DNA of 64,000 nt. Origin: Isurus oxyrinchus. Its lineage: Eukaryota. Below, piece by piece: positions 49,320 through 61,139 of the stretch (positions are counted from its first letter, which is position 1; each line of letters opens with the position of its first letter). Below the pieces are notes generated by a model, which did not search any database, had not been told where the DNA came from, and saw only the letters and a list, made by a program, of their open reading frames with translations. The DNA lies in assembly GCA_026770705.1 (NCBI GenBank), contig JANJGN010000001.1:152892001-152956000 (forward strand). Direction: 5' to 3'. Made by a program: the position numbers and the translations under genes.

Positions 49320-50008
49320 GGGCAGTATTCTTCCAGCTCAAAGCTGGCAGGAGTGGGGGTGGGGAGGGTCAGGAGAATAGCATTCTCACCGCTGGGGTTA
49401 TTTCCCTGAGGCGAGCTGGAATGTGGATTAAATGTCGGCTGCATTGCATCAGGCAGCAAATCTGCATATTTATGGTCCAAGTAGGAGACATTTAGAACGC
49501 TCGCCGGCATTTTGCCAGTGGCTGGAGTGCCCATCCACTGCAAGCGTTGGTCGTCAGCTTAATTTAGGCAGACTCCCTGCAGCAGGCCAGAGGGCCCTCG
49601 GAGCCAGAATCTATTCCACCTATAGAGGCCCAAATATTGCCGCCAAGGGGATTCCCCCCCACTGTCAGAGGGGCCTGCCAGCTTGGCCCGTCTAAAAAAT
49701 TGAATTATTTTCACCCTTTCGAGGGCTCCTCTATTTTGGGGTGCCTTCACATCCCCCTATCTGCCTCAGCATCACTCACCTCTCTCAGTGGAGCTGCCGA
49801 GGATCTCCTGCTGTCAGCCCTGTGATTGGGTTAGCAGTATCGGGAGCCCGCCTGCCACCCTTAATAGGACACCAAGCTTGGAGGCGACTAATAGGAAGCT
49901 CCTCTGGGAAAACCAACTCCCCAGGTCTGGATCCCAGAAAGTGCGGACTCAGGACCCATATTTGGTTTCGGTGTCGATGACACAAAGCTCATGGGACAAT
50001 CCTGCCCA
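49320..50008. mobile_element. MITE
   Basis: AAT|gggcagtattcttcc...gggacaatcctgccc|AAT termini with a 3-bp TSD. Confidence 0.65.
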
Positions 50009-50581
50009 ATAAGATTAGACCTGTGTTTCCATATGTTAATTTGTTAAACCTTTGTTATTTTAAGATGAAGTTTTACTGGGTTGGATGATGATACAGCTTT
50101 TCTCTCAGTATCAAATACTTACAGGTTTATTGGGGTACAATTAAGTGCTTCCCTTACACTGCCCAGAATAATGTTGCTGGCTTATGTTTCGAACCCGATG
50201 CAGTGCCACCCGAAAAGGGGTGAAAATTGCAAAATAAAACTTTCCTCAATCTCCTTGCCATCATTGTATCCAGTGTAATTTTGGAGAGAGCCTTGAAATA
50301 GATGGCTCGCATTCTCCTGACAACAGCTAAAAGGGGAAGATATAAAAGGATTTCCCTGAGTTTTTATAAACCATAAGATTCTGAAATGCATGAATTTTAT
50401 AAACCAATCAGGTGACACAACTGCCTCCTGAGGCTATTCAGAAATGGCTTTCTTCCTGCAAATGTTATCCATCCCTTGCTTCTGTTAATATTTATCTTGG
50501 TTATAATGCTCCTCAAAGAAGATAAAATTGAAAAGATACAGGTTTCATTATTTACTTTATTTACTTTTTAAATATTAAGCC

Positions 50582-50975
50582 ACTGGATTGTGGTCTTTAG
50601 ATCAGAGAAGGTTAAAGGGAGAATTAACGGAGTCATTAATGAAGAATTTTGATGGAGTAAACAAGGAGAAACTGCTTCCAGTGACAGAAGAGCTGATAAC
50701 CAGAGGACACAGGCTTAAGGTAATCAGCAAAAGAGCCAGAGATGAGCAGAACATTTTTTACGCAGTGAGTTATTACGATCAGAAATGCACTACCTAAACA
50801 GTAGAGGAAGCAGATTCAATAGTAACTTTCAAAAGGGAATCGGATAAATACTTGAAGGGAGGAAAGTTGCAGGCCCATGGGGAAAGAGCCTGAGATTAGG
50901 ACGAAGTAGATAGCTCTTTCAAAGGGCCAACACAGAATGGCCTCCCTCTGTGTTGTAAGTTTCTAAGATTCTATG
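50582..50975 (+). mobile_element. CR1 3' fragment
   Basis: SLDQRRLKGEL...VNKEKLLPV...TRGHRLKV, then a 3' UTR. Confidence 0.75.
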
Positions 50976-51817
50976 GTGTAACTCTGTCTTTTAACTGGGA
51001 TTATAATCGTGGCATGAAAAAATACATTTTTTGTATCACATTTTGACTAGACTCCATGTCTCTAACTCTCAGACTCAAGAATTTCATCTGTAATATTCAC
51101 ATGGAGTCTTCCGAGTAAAAATAAGATCATGGGAAATACGTGTTTCTTTACATTGTGCCTGTATATATTTAGCAGAGGATCATGCATGTGCTAGGCATCA
51201 TAAATCACAGAGACATTCACAGGAAGTATAGGTTAGTTCAGAGTGAAATACAAAATAACATTCCTTCGGGCAATGAAGCTCACTGGAATATTTTCCCCAC
51301 ACAATGTCTATTATAGTTATCTCTTGGCCTGGGTTGCTCAGGACATGGTCATGGTCAGCCTGGAAGTATGGTCTGCTCAGAGCAAAGTCACACAATAAAG
51401 AAGTATTTGATGTCTACATTGATCAGAATGCATTGCCAGGCACATATTGCCAAGTAATTATAAACAAATTGCTTGAATTCCCTACAGATTAAAAAGACCA
51501 AACTTAAATGACTTAAAAATGTTTTAAAGAAATGCTAAAAGAATAACTGGGTGACAGCATTTCAATGGAGTCTACCACAAAGTCAATAGCCGGGTCTTCT
51601 CTGCCCCTTTGAGGATGGCATTGGAGGTGGGGTCTGGGGGAGGGGAAATCATGTGATGCCAGCACTGACCTCCAAAGTCATCACGTTAGGTTCAGGTTGG
51701 AAGCTACATATATTAACACACAGGACCCTGTTCTTTGCAGACAGAAAGAACATGTTCACACAGTGCGCCTGTTTCAGCTAAACAATAAGTGATAGCCATT
51801 CACTGACTCATTCCTCA

Positions 51818-51980
51818 GGCCAATGTCTTGACCAATCAGAGTCAAACTACTAGGTTTAAATTTCAAACAATGCTTGGCATTGGTCAGTCACCATCAAATA
51901 GTGCATACTCCATGGCAACGCCACTACCAATCAGAATCCACTTGCCAACCAATCAGCACTCTCTTCTCATACAGTATAAA
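51818..51980 (+). promoter_or_regulatory. CCAAT-box cluster plus TATA box in the pLTR
   Basis: CCAATCAG three times (~51832, ~51927, ~51949) and gTATAAA at ~51974-51980. Confidence 0.55.
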
Positions 51981-52017
51981 GTTGCTGTTTCCCCCAACAT
52001 TGTTATTTTCTTGTGAA

Positions 52018-52053
52018 TTGTCCTGATGAGTGCAAGATGAAAAGCTTCAACAG
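52018..52053 (+). ncRNA. Minimal type I hammerhead ribozyme motif (CpG-decayed)
   Basis: uuguc-CUGAUGA-gu gcaag au-GAAA-AGCU-UC^aacag. Canonical core with a palindromic AAGCUU helix III. Confidence 0.7.
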
Positions 52054-52564
52054 AAAAAGTATTTTTCAGCAATACTTAAGTCCAGGGCCTTGGACTGGGA
52101 GGGATTGGGCAGGTTAGGGAGGGGGATTGGGGTGGTGGGTTTAAGGCTGCAGGCGGGTAGGAAGAAAGGGCGGGTTCTATCATCAGGGTATATCCATCCA
52201 TCGACAAAGGGCAGCTCCCGAAGATAGAACAGCACCCACCCCTTCCCGTCCTTTGAAGAGATTATATAAAAAATCAGGCTGCCCACTCCCGCCCAACTAC
52301 ACACGCCAAACATTTCATGGCGTGGGCTATGTATTATCAGGGCCAATTAGCCTGGTAACAAACATAACTGACCCTTAATTATCTGTTTAAATATGGCAGG
52401 CAGGCTGTCAAATTTCAGCGCCCACCTACCCCTCATATTATGGGTGTGAGCTCGGGGGTGGGTGGGGAGGTGGTGGGTGGGCTCCCGCCCTATGTGGGCT
52501 CCCGCCCTATTTTACCTGTCCCCCCCTAAAAACGCACCCAGCGAAGGCAGGTAAAATGCAGCCC

Positions 52565-55535
52565 ACTTACTCACTCTTACACACACTCAGTCACTCACAC
52601 TCAGTCATTATTACACACTCACTCACACTCACACACACACACATTCACTCACACACACTCATTTGCTCTCAAACACACATACACATGCACTCACTCAAGC
52701 TTACACTCACTCACTCAGTTACTCACACTCACGCTCAATCTAACACTCACTCACTCTCATACCCACTCTGTCTCACACACACACTCGCCTGCACACACTC
52801 ACGCTCACACACACTCATTCAAACACTCACTCACTCTCACATTCCCCCTCTCACACACTCACTCACCCTCACACATACTCACTCACACACTCATTCACAT
52901 GCTCACTCACTCTCACACTCACTCTCATACACACACTCTCACGCACTCTTACACTCAGTCACTTTCACACTCACTCACTCTCTCACACATTCATTCTCAC
53001 TATGATTCACTTACTTTCATACACATTCACTGACTCACACACACTCATCCACACACTCAATCTCACACTCACTACCCCTTACACACACTTAGTCACTCTC
53101 ACATACAGTCACTCACTCTCACACATTCACCCAATCACACACTCACTTTCACACTCACTCTCACACATACTCATTAACCCTCACAATCACTCACTCTGAC
53201 ACACTCTTTCACTCTCACGCACTTACTCTCACACAAACTCACTCTCATACTCACTCTGATACTCATTCACTTACTCTCTCACACATTCACCCAATCACAC
53301 ATTCACTCTGACACACACTCACTCACTCTCACACAATATCATTAACCCTCACACTCACTCACTCTCACACACACTCACTCACTCTCACACTCACTCACTC
53401 TCACACATTTACTCTCACACTCATTCGCACACACACACTCATTTTCACACAAACTCACTTACTCTCGCACACACTCACTCACAATCACCCTCACACTCAG
53501 TCTCACACACACCCACTGTCTCACACACACCCACTGTCTCACACACACCCACTGTCTCACACACACTCACTGTCTCACACTCACTCACTGTCTCACACAT
53601 TCACTCATACTTTCACACACACTCTCTCACACACTAACTCATTCACATACATACACACTCACACATACACTCACTTTCACCCTCACTCTCTTGCACACTC
53701 GCTCACTCTCACACAAACACTCTCACATTCATTCACACACTCTAACAAACACTGACTCTCACATTCGCTCACAATCACACTCACTCACTCTCACACACAA
53801 TGACTAATGCACTCTCTCACACACTCACTCACCCTCATGCTCACTCACCCTCACTCACTCACCCTGTCTCACACACACTGTCTCACACACACTGTCTCAC
53901 ACACACTCACGCTCATTTTCACACACTCTCACAAACTCACTCGCATACTTAGTCTCACACTCGCACACTCTTTCACACAATCACCCTTTCATGCACTTAC
54001 TCTTACACACACATTTACTCTCACACAGTCACTCTCACACTAACTCACACATATATACATTCACTCTCGTTCACAAAGACTCACTTAGTTGCACACCGAC
54101 TCTCATGCAAACATTCTCACACTCACTCACTCACACAAAATGACACACACACTCACTCGCCCACTCTCTCTCACCCTCACACTCCCTTACTCCAACACAC
54201 ACTGTCACACTCACTCACTCGCTCTCACACTGTCACTGACACACTCATTCACTCACACTCACTTACTTTCAAACACACTCACTCACATGTTCACTTTCTC
54301 ACATACACACTCACTCATTCTAACACACACTCCCTCTCACACACATTCACTCACTCTCACACTCACATTCTCAAACTCACTGACAGGCAGACTCACTCAC
54401 TCTCACATTCACTCACAGGCAGACTCACTTGCTCTCATGCTCACTCACTCAATCTCTCTCACACATACTCTCGCACTCATTCACTCTCACGCTCATTCAC
54501 ATACTCACTCACTCCCTTATTCTCACACACATTCACTCACTCACTCGTTCACATACACTCATTCTCACATACACTCACTCTCACACACTCACTCTCTCAC
54601 ACACATTCTCACACACTCACTCACTCTCACACATCACTCATTCACACATTCACTCATTCGCACATACTCATTCACACACTTTCACATTCACTCTCCCTCA
54701 CAAGCACTCACACTCACACAATCTCACTCACTCACTCTCATATACACTCACACACACTCACACTTTCACATTCACTCTCCCTCGCATGCACTCACTGTCA
54801 CACAAACTCACTCTGACACTCTCGCACACTAACTCTCACACTCACACTCTCACAATTACACATTCTCACACACACTGACTCTCACATACACTCACTCAGT
54901 CACTCTCACACACTCACTCAGCCTCACACACTCACTCTTGCACTCACTCACACTCACTTACACATCTCACTCACTCAAACACTTATTCTAATTTTTCACT
55001 CTCACTCACTCACACTGACTTATCCTCAGACATCACTGACTCACTCACACTCACTCATTCTCACATGCTCTTACACACTCTCTCTCACACGCACTCACTG
55101 TTACTCACACGCACACAATCTTAGTCACTCACTCTCACATGCATGCACACACTCACATTCACTCACACACTCACTCCTACAGTCACACTCTCAAACACAG
55201 TCACTCACACTCACTCACTCTTGCACATTCACACTCTCTCACATGCTCTCACTCTCACACACTCACTTAATTCACTCACTCTGACACTCATTCACTCTCA
55301 CACTCACACTCTCACACACATACTCCCAATTACTCATACTCACACTCACTCTCTCTCATACTCACACTCACTATCACTCACACTCTCACACTCACTCACT
55401 TGCTCTCACACACTCACTCACACTCTGTCTCACACTCACTCAACTCACTCACTCTCATGCTCTCACACACCTTCACGCTCACACACACTCTCACACTTAT
55501 TCTCACACACATACACTCACACTTACTCTCACATC
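52565..55535. repeat. ~3 kb degenerate (ACTC)n/(AC)n simple-sequence tract
   Basis: Nearly G-free top strand built from cact/caca/ctca units. Confidence 0.97.
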
Positions 55536-55549
55536 TATTGGAAGAAAAC

Positions 55550-57300
55550 TTAATGGACTGCTGTTAGACCCCTGCTTTGAACACTGATATCTGTAACAAT
55601 GATGACAGTAGTCTGAGCCTGCATGGCAACAAGCATAGATCTCACGACCTCAGTCAGAGCTTCCACTGCAGCACTGAGACATTGAACAGCGTCTGCCTGT
55701 GCTTCATTAGAGGTCGAGACACAGGCTACCAGAAGCTGTGTAATGGCTGAGCCCACAAGTGTTCTCATGAAGTTGGTTGCCACTTCCATGGTGGATAGGA
55801 TGGGCACTGTGCCAAGTTTGAGATGGACTCCTCCATGCTCCTTGACAGCGACAAGGTCTGCCAATGCATCAAGCCTCTCAGTCTGCATGTCCGTCAATGT
55901 TCTCCTGCACACAGCCCCATTGAAGTCCTCATCTCAGTCTCCTGTAGCAGAACTTGTATGCTACCTTGTCTCTGAACTTTCATTCCCCCAGCCTAGCTGC
56001 AGCCCACTCATGTCCAATAAAACAAAACACATAATTTACACAGTGCCTGAGCTGGTGGCTGTATATCAGATCAAGTGATGGTACTTCTTCACGACAACTC
56101 AGCTACAACTCTTGCCCTTCCTCAGACATCTGAAAGTAAGTGCACGCTCTGAACATGTGGTGACGTGTCAATGCTCTTCAGCGATGAAGACAGCACTGGT
56201 CGAATTCCTCCTGGTGCCCCTTCCCATTGGCTGGTCCTGGCTCTGGCCATGTAGGATGTGAGATGCCATGTAGCCCATGATGTGCGACCAAGGCCCTCCT
56301 CTGGCAAATCCTCTACTCCACCACCTGAGGTTGCAAGAAGATTGGATGTATGAGATCCACAAAGTGAACTGCATGAAGAAGGCAGGCAATGACCTGAGCA
56401 TCTCTGTTGGCATAGTCTTCATTCTTCAAGCAGCTGCAGTTGACCAATGGGAGTGCATGACCCTCCCATGGACTACACCCAGAACACCTCCCATCCTACA
56501 TCAACCTCCTCCCATAACAATCTGACCTCCTGCTGAGTAAAGGATTCCCAGCAGCACCTGATCTCCAGCAAGGTAGCAGTTTTTTAGCAACCAAATTGAT
56601 GGACACAAACACTCTGACCCTGCCACTGGACCTGCCCTGATTCAAGATTGACACCCCTTCCATGACTGTACACCCAGTATGTATGGTGCAGCTGCCTCTC
56701 TTGAACACATAGACCAGACGACTGCAATGAAAGACCCTGCCCTATGGGCTGGAACCTTGCCTCCTTCACTCACCTAAAGGTGCCAATGCCTTGCTGTGCT
56801 GCCTCTTAAGGATCCGAGCATAAGCGCCAACTTCTTGCCAGCCCAGCTGTTGGGCCATTTGAGGGCCCGAGCACCACACACTCCCACTCTCCACCCCCGC
56901 CTGGCCTTTTCTGGTACCTTCCCCTGCTAACGTGCCCTGTGCTGCCAAGTTGGACAAAGACAAAACCACCTCAAATCCAAATATTGAACAACCTCATCTG
57001 GTGCATGCCACCTTTGAGCTGTCGGAAAACAGGAGGAACAGCTTTCCTGTGCGCCTCTGACTTAATCTTGAAGGTAGGACTGAATTTGGTGTGCTTCCCA
57101 ATTAATGACATGGTATTAAGTGTATTATTGGCGGAAACCTGCCACAGGACAACGTGAGGCCCACACACCACGAACACGCTGCCGACTTCACTGCTGCATC
57201 TCAATCGCCAGCAGGAAATTGAGATTTCAGCTCCTGCCCAATTCAGTCACCCCACACGCCATGTTTCCCGCCCTTGCAGTCTCCATAAAATTCATCCTCC
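55550..57300. mobile_element. Old Harbinger-like remnant
   Basis: Ends in a TIR-like ataaaattcatcc. The minus ORF at 55550-55912 loosely resembles the coiled-coil part of the Myb/SANT exon 3. Confidence 0.35.
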
Positions 57301-57339
57301 ATGAGTCACAGAACAAACAAACTAATAGATAGTTTCACC

Positions 57340-58193
57340 ATTGCCGCAGGCACGGTCCACGTCCTCGCCAGTCAATTCAATGGCACGCTCCTCAAAGCAA
57401 GTGAGGAGCCTAATGTGGGCCACTCCACCCCCAGTCTGGGACCTCTCCCTGCTGATGTGAGCAGGCTTGTCATGCATGAAAACAGATGGAGAATGTGTGA
57501 GCAGGACTCATGGCACTGTGCGGAATGTTTGTGCGGTGATCGGAGCCATGGGCCAGATGAGGACATGAGTTCCAGAGGATATGAGTCTGATGGAGATGTG
57601 AGGGTGTGTGTGTGAGTTAGTGGTGTTGTCCCTTGAGGTGTGAGATCCTTGTGGGTTTGTGAGTGTGTGGGTTGAGAATAATGAGAAGAGTGACTTACCC
57701 TGGTGGAACAGAGGAGCTCATTCATCATCATTTGGCACTGGGTGGCTGTCCTCTTTTGCAGGACATTGGCACTGACCACTGCTGCTACTGCCTCCCTTCC
57801 TGGATTAGTGATGTTGCTGCCCCTCCTGCAGCCAGAGCGAGGGTAGAGGACATCATGGCGAGCCTCCACGGCATCCAAAAGGCGCTCAAGGGACACATCA
57901 CTAAACTGGGGGAGTCTGCAGTCTTCTTGCCTTTCAGGGCCGTGTCTCTTTGCAGCAGTCCTGGGCTGGAAACACTGAGAGGTGCACGTAAGACTGCACT
58001 TTAAACATGGCAACCAGCATGATGAAGCAGCCAAATGTGTGCAGGCAAATTGGAAGCTGCCCGCCATTGAAATGGCATGTTTCCTGGGAGTGCATGATTA
58101 ATAAGGCAGGACTGGGACAATATGGCGTGAAAAGCCGTCATTGTGGCCGCAGGTAAAACATTCTTTTTCCCAAATCTGGGACGATTCTGCCCC
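57340..58193 (-). mobile_element. Harbinger derivative with Myb/SANT exon 1 (related to 30257-31564)
   Basis: LPQFSDVSLERLLDAVEARHDVLYP...RTATQCQMMMNELLCSTR|gtaagt. End gggacgattctgccc. Confidence 0.75.
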
Positions 58194-59681
58194 TAGTCTC
58201 ATTGAGTCAAGAAAAGGTACTTGACAATCAATTCCAAACACAAAAGGAGAGAAGAGTGAGGAAAACTCACTGCAAGTTACTCTTGCGCACCTCCTCAGAA
58301 GGGGTCCCAGAACACAAAGAAAAGTACTGAAGCTCTCAGTCAGTGTCGGGGAATTCAAACAGCATATAAAATTGCATGAAAATAATTATTTAATTCATAA
58401 TTCCATTGCTACTGCAAAATATTCCTTTTGTTAGATACTCGATCGTCTTCTGCAAAAGCACCTAATGATTATTTTTCACAGCTACAGCTGTAAAAATGTT
58501 TAGAAACAGATTTAGCTTGGATTGTTCAGAACTAAACCCATGAAGATTTTCTTAGGCAATTTCTTGACACAGTAAAAGTCTTTTGTAAATGTTGCAGAGG
58601 TTATAAATTTTCTCATTAATTACAACTGAAAATTTTCAGGCAAGGCTGAGTAAAGCTAATAGGCATGTTTGATTTGGGTAGATTTGGTCTGCAGAGACAT
58701 AGCAGACTGAGATACTCTGTAACTCCTTCATCCTGAACTAGATATCCACTACATCATATATATTTAATATTTTTTGGCAGTGCCTGGCCCTTGAGAATAG
58801 TAAGTTTTGCTTGTGCAGGTGCTCTCCTGTTAAGTGCCTGCCTGTGGATGAAGTAGCATTAGTGTGTGGTAACATTGACCCAGCTGGCAAATCCCATGGA
58901 GTACATGGTGGGTTTGCAACCAATGCCAAGAGTCACTTTCACTGGAATAGCTGCAGGTTCACAACTTGATGGTGAATCCTACTGTTATTTCTGCAGGACT
59001 GCAAGATGGCACTCAACCATCGCTAACATATTGACCCCAAATTACCATGGTGACTCAGATTGAGACAACCCCTGCAGAACTTAAAGGGTTCTATTGGCAA
59101 TCAGAGATGCTGCTACACCTATGGCCTTTGTAACTGAAGTTGCCATGGCAAATACCATGTAGCGTCACTGGCAGACAACTGCTCATTCAACATAACTAGA
59201 TCATCATTCAGTGTCTAGTGGATATAGATTCCTAAATATGGAACTGATGTTGTCCCAATTTCCTGTGAAAGCAGGACCAGTAAAATTCCATATGATTCAA
59301 GAAGAATAGTCAGCTTAGGGGACGTTCACCTATCAACCCACGTTCATAGTTCTTTGTTGGCATAACGTATCAGTGCCAAACTCTGTACCTCCTTTTCACC
59401 ATCACTGTGATCTTCACTCATGTATCTGTGCCACTGGTGCAAAATTGGAGCTTAGATGAATGTTATTCTTTAGGCATCACAATTGTATAAAGAAGCCTAA
59501 TAATTTGTGTCAACTATTATTATTTACACTATCATGCACAGTCAATCTGTATGGTCACAATAATGTGCCAAACTATCAAAAACAAGGGGTTGTTTTTATA
59601 TGCCATCTTAATGGTGTAAAACAGTCCAGAGCCCTTTAGTGTAACAGAACAAATTTTGACACCAAGCCACATAAGGAAATA

Positions 59682-59833
59682 AAAGCAAAATACTGCAGAT
59701 GCTGGAAATCTGACAGCATCTGTGGAGAGAGAAACAGAGTTAACATTTCAAGTCCGTATGACTCTGCTCTGAAGTAGAGCCATAAGGACTTGAAATGTTA
59801 ACTCTGCTTTTCTCTCCACAGATGCTGTCAGAT
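59682..59833. mobile_element. Fold-back Penelope-derived mini-element with a 15-bp TSD, inserted in an L2-like fragment (~59600-60040)
   Basis: Arms 59708-59765 and 59776-59833 are inverted repeats. TSD ccac(a/t)taaggaaata at 59667-59681 and 59834-59848. Confidence 0.8.
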
Positions 59834-60785
59834 CCACTTAAGGAAATATTAGGTCAGATGACCAAAAGCTTGGTCAAAGGCGTAGATTTTAAAAAGTATC
59901 TTAAAGGAAGAGAGAGGAGTAGAGAGGCGGAGAGGTTTAGGGATGGAATTCCAGAACACTGATCCTTGGCAGCTGAAGACATGGCTGCCAATAGTGGAGT
60001 GATTAAAATAGAGGATATACAAGTGGTGAGAATTTGAGGAGAAAACATAGAATACATGGTTAGGGCAGCATGTAACTTTCCCTCCAGAATAACTCAAAAC
60101 ATGTTTTGCTCAATTGGAAAAATTGCACCTCATTATGACCCCTTTCCAAGTGGAAAACAGGGACAAAAATGAATAACTTTACAAGACCATATCCTGCATC
60201 TCCAAGGACATGTGCAAGAGCCGTAAAAATGTCTGGGATGTACAGCCACCCACAACAGGCATTAGGGTCCCTTACCTATGCTAATGAGGAGCCTAATGCA
60301 TGTTTTTGGACGCCTCAGGAAAATTGAACTGCCCTGAACACTGGACTTTCTCTGCTGAGGTTTTGGGGCATGCATGGATAGTGATGTTAGCAGATTTGAA
60401 AGGGGGAGGCACATTACCAGAGGAGAGGGATTCATTAACAAGAGCAGCTAGCCCCAGGACCAGTAAGGGAAGTTGGATGGCTGTCAGCTTAATGGGAAAA
60501 GGACCAAGGGAGCAGGAATAGACAAGGTGAGCTCAGAAAGGACATGAGGGGGCATAGGGGAGAAACAAGAGAAAGATGTGAGTTCACAGTCAGGATGGGG
60601 GGAAGCTTGAGGAAGTTTGGCTTGACCTAAACTGTTTCCTGTCCATTTCTTTTTTGCTCCTTATTAGTCAATTTTGTTTCTTACCTTCAGGCAGATATGA
60701 TTAAATCTCCAGCAACTCCGCTGTCGTTCAGTCCTGGAAAATTGATGTGCTCTCAAACAAGAACTGTGCCGTAAAGAGATTTTTT

Positions 60786-61030
60786 TGTAATATCACTTTC
60801 ATGTTTGTAGTAATTGAAGGTATAGTCTTCCCTATTGTCTATCAGGGAGTCACATGACTGTTCTTGGAGACTCCAACTAATGAGCCCTAAGCACGGATAA
60901 TCCAGGGCAGGGGGACAGCGCATGGCTTTCTAGTCGAGGACCTTGATCAAGCATGTAGCTTCTGAAAAACTCTCTGTAATAAAGTCCTCTATTTCAAGTA
61001 GAAACCTGTCCAGTATATCAAATTATTACG
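60786..61030 (+). mobile_element. Probable solo LTR
   Basis: TGTAATA...TATTACG inverted termini, internal agtcacatgact palindrome and AATAAA (~60978). Confidence 0.5.
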
Positions 61031-61139
61031 ATGTTATAGCCCCTAATGCACTAGTACTTGTGTATCATTACTAGTACTTGTTTATTCGGTTTTACTTGCA
61101 AATTAAGGGGACTTATTTCACCAGTCCTTTCAGCCACAG

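Larger units (their letters stand above)
51697..52078 (+). mobile_element. 3' end (pLTR) of a second Penelope-like family
   Basis: LEATYINTQDPVLCRQKEHVHTVRLFQLNNK* (GIY-YIG C-terminus-like), then repeated CCAATCAG, TATAAA and a hammerhead core. Confidence 0.7.

Noticed and set aside
49251-49320. TM-like peptide MLGSIALCTIVVIFGWIIK
   Set aside because: In-frame stop just upstream, no suitable splice sites and no similarity to KIT exon 10.
52556-55553. His/Thr/Ser/Leu-rich ORFs up to 247 aa
   Set aside because: Translation artefacts of the (ACTC/AC)n tract, which lacks stop codons by composition.
60686-60734. 49-bp minus-strand mini-exon-like segment (ttttccag...gaag|gtaag)
   Set aside because: No partner exons or recognisable peptide; such signals arise by chance.
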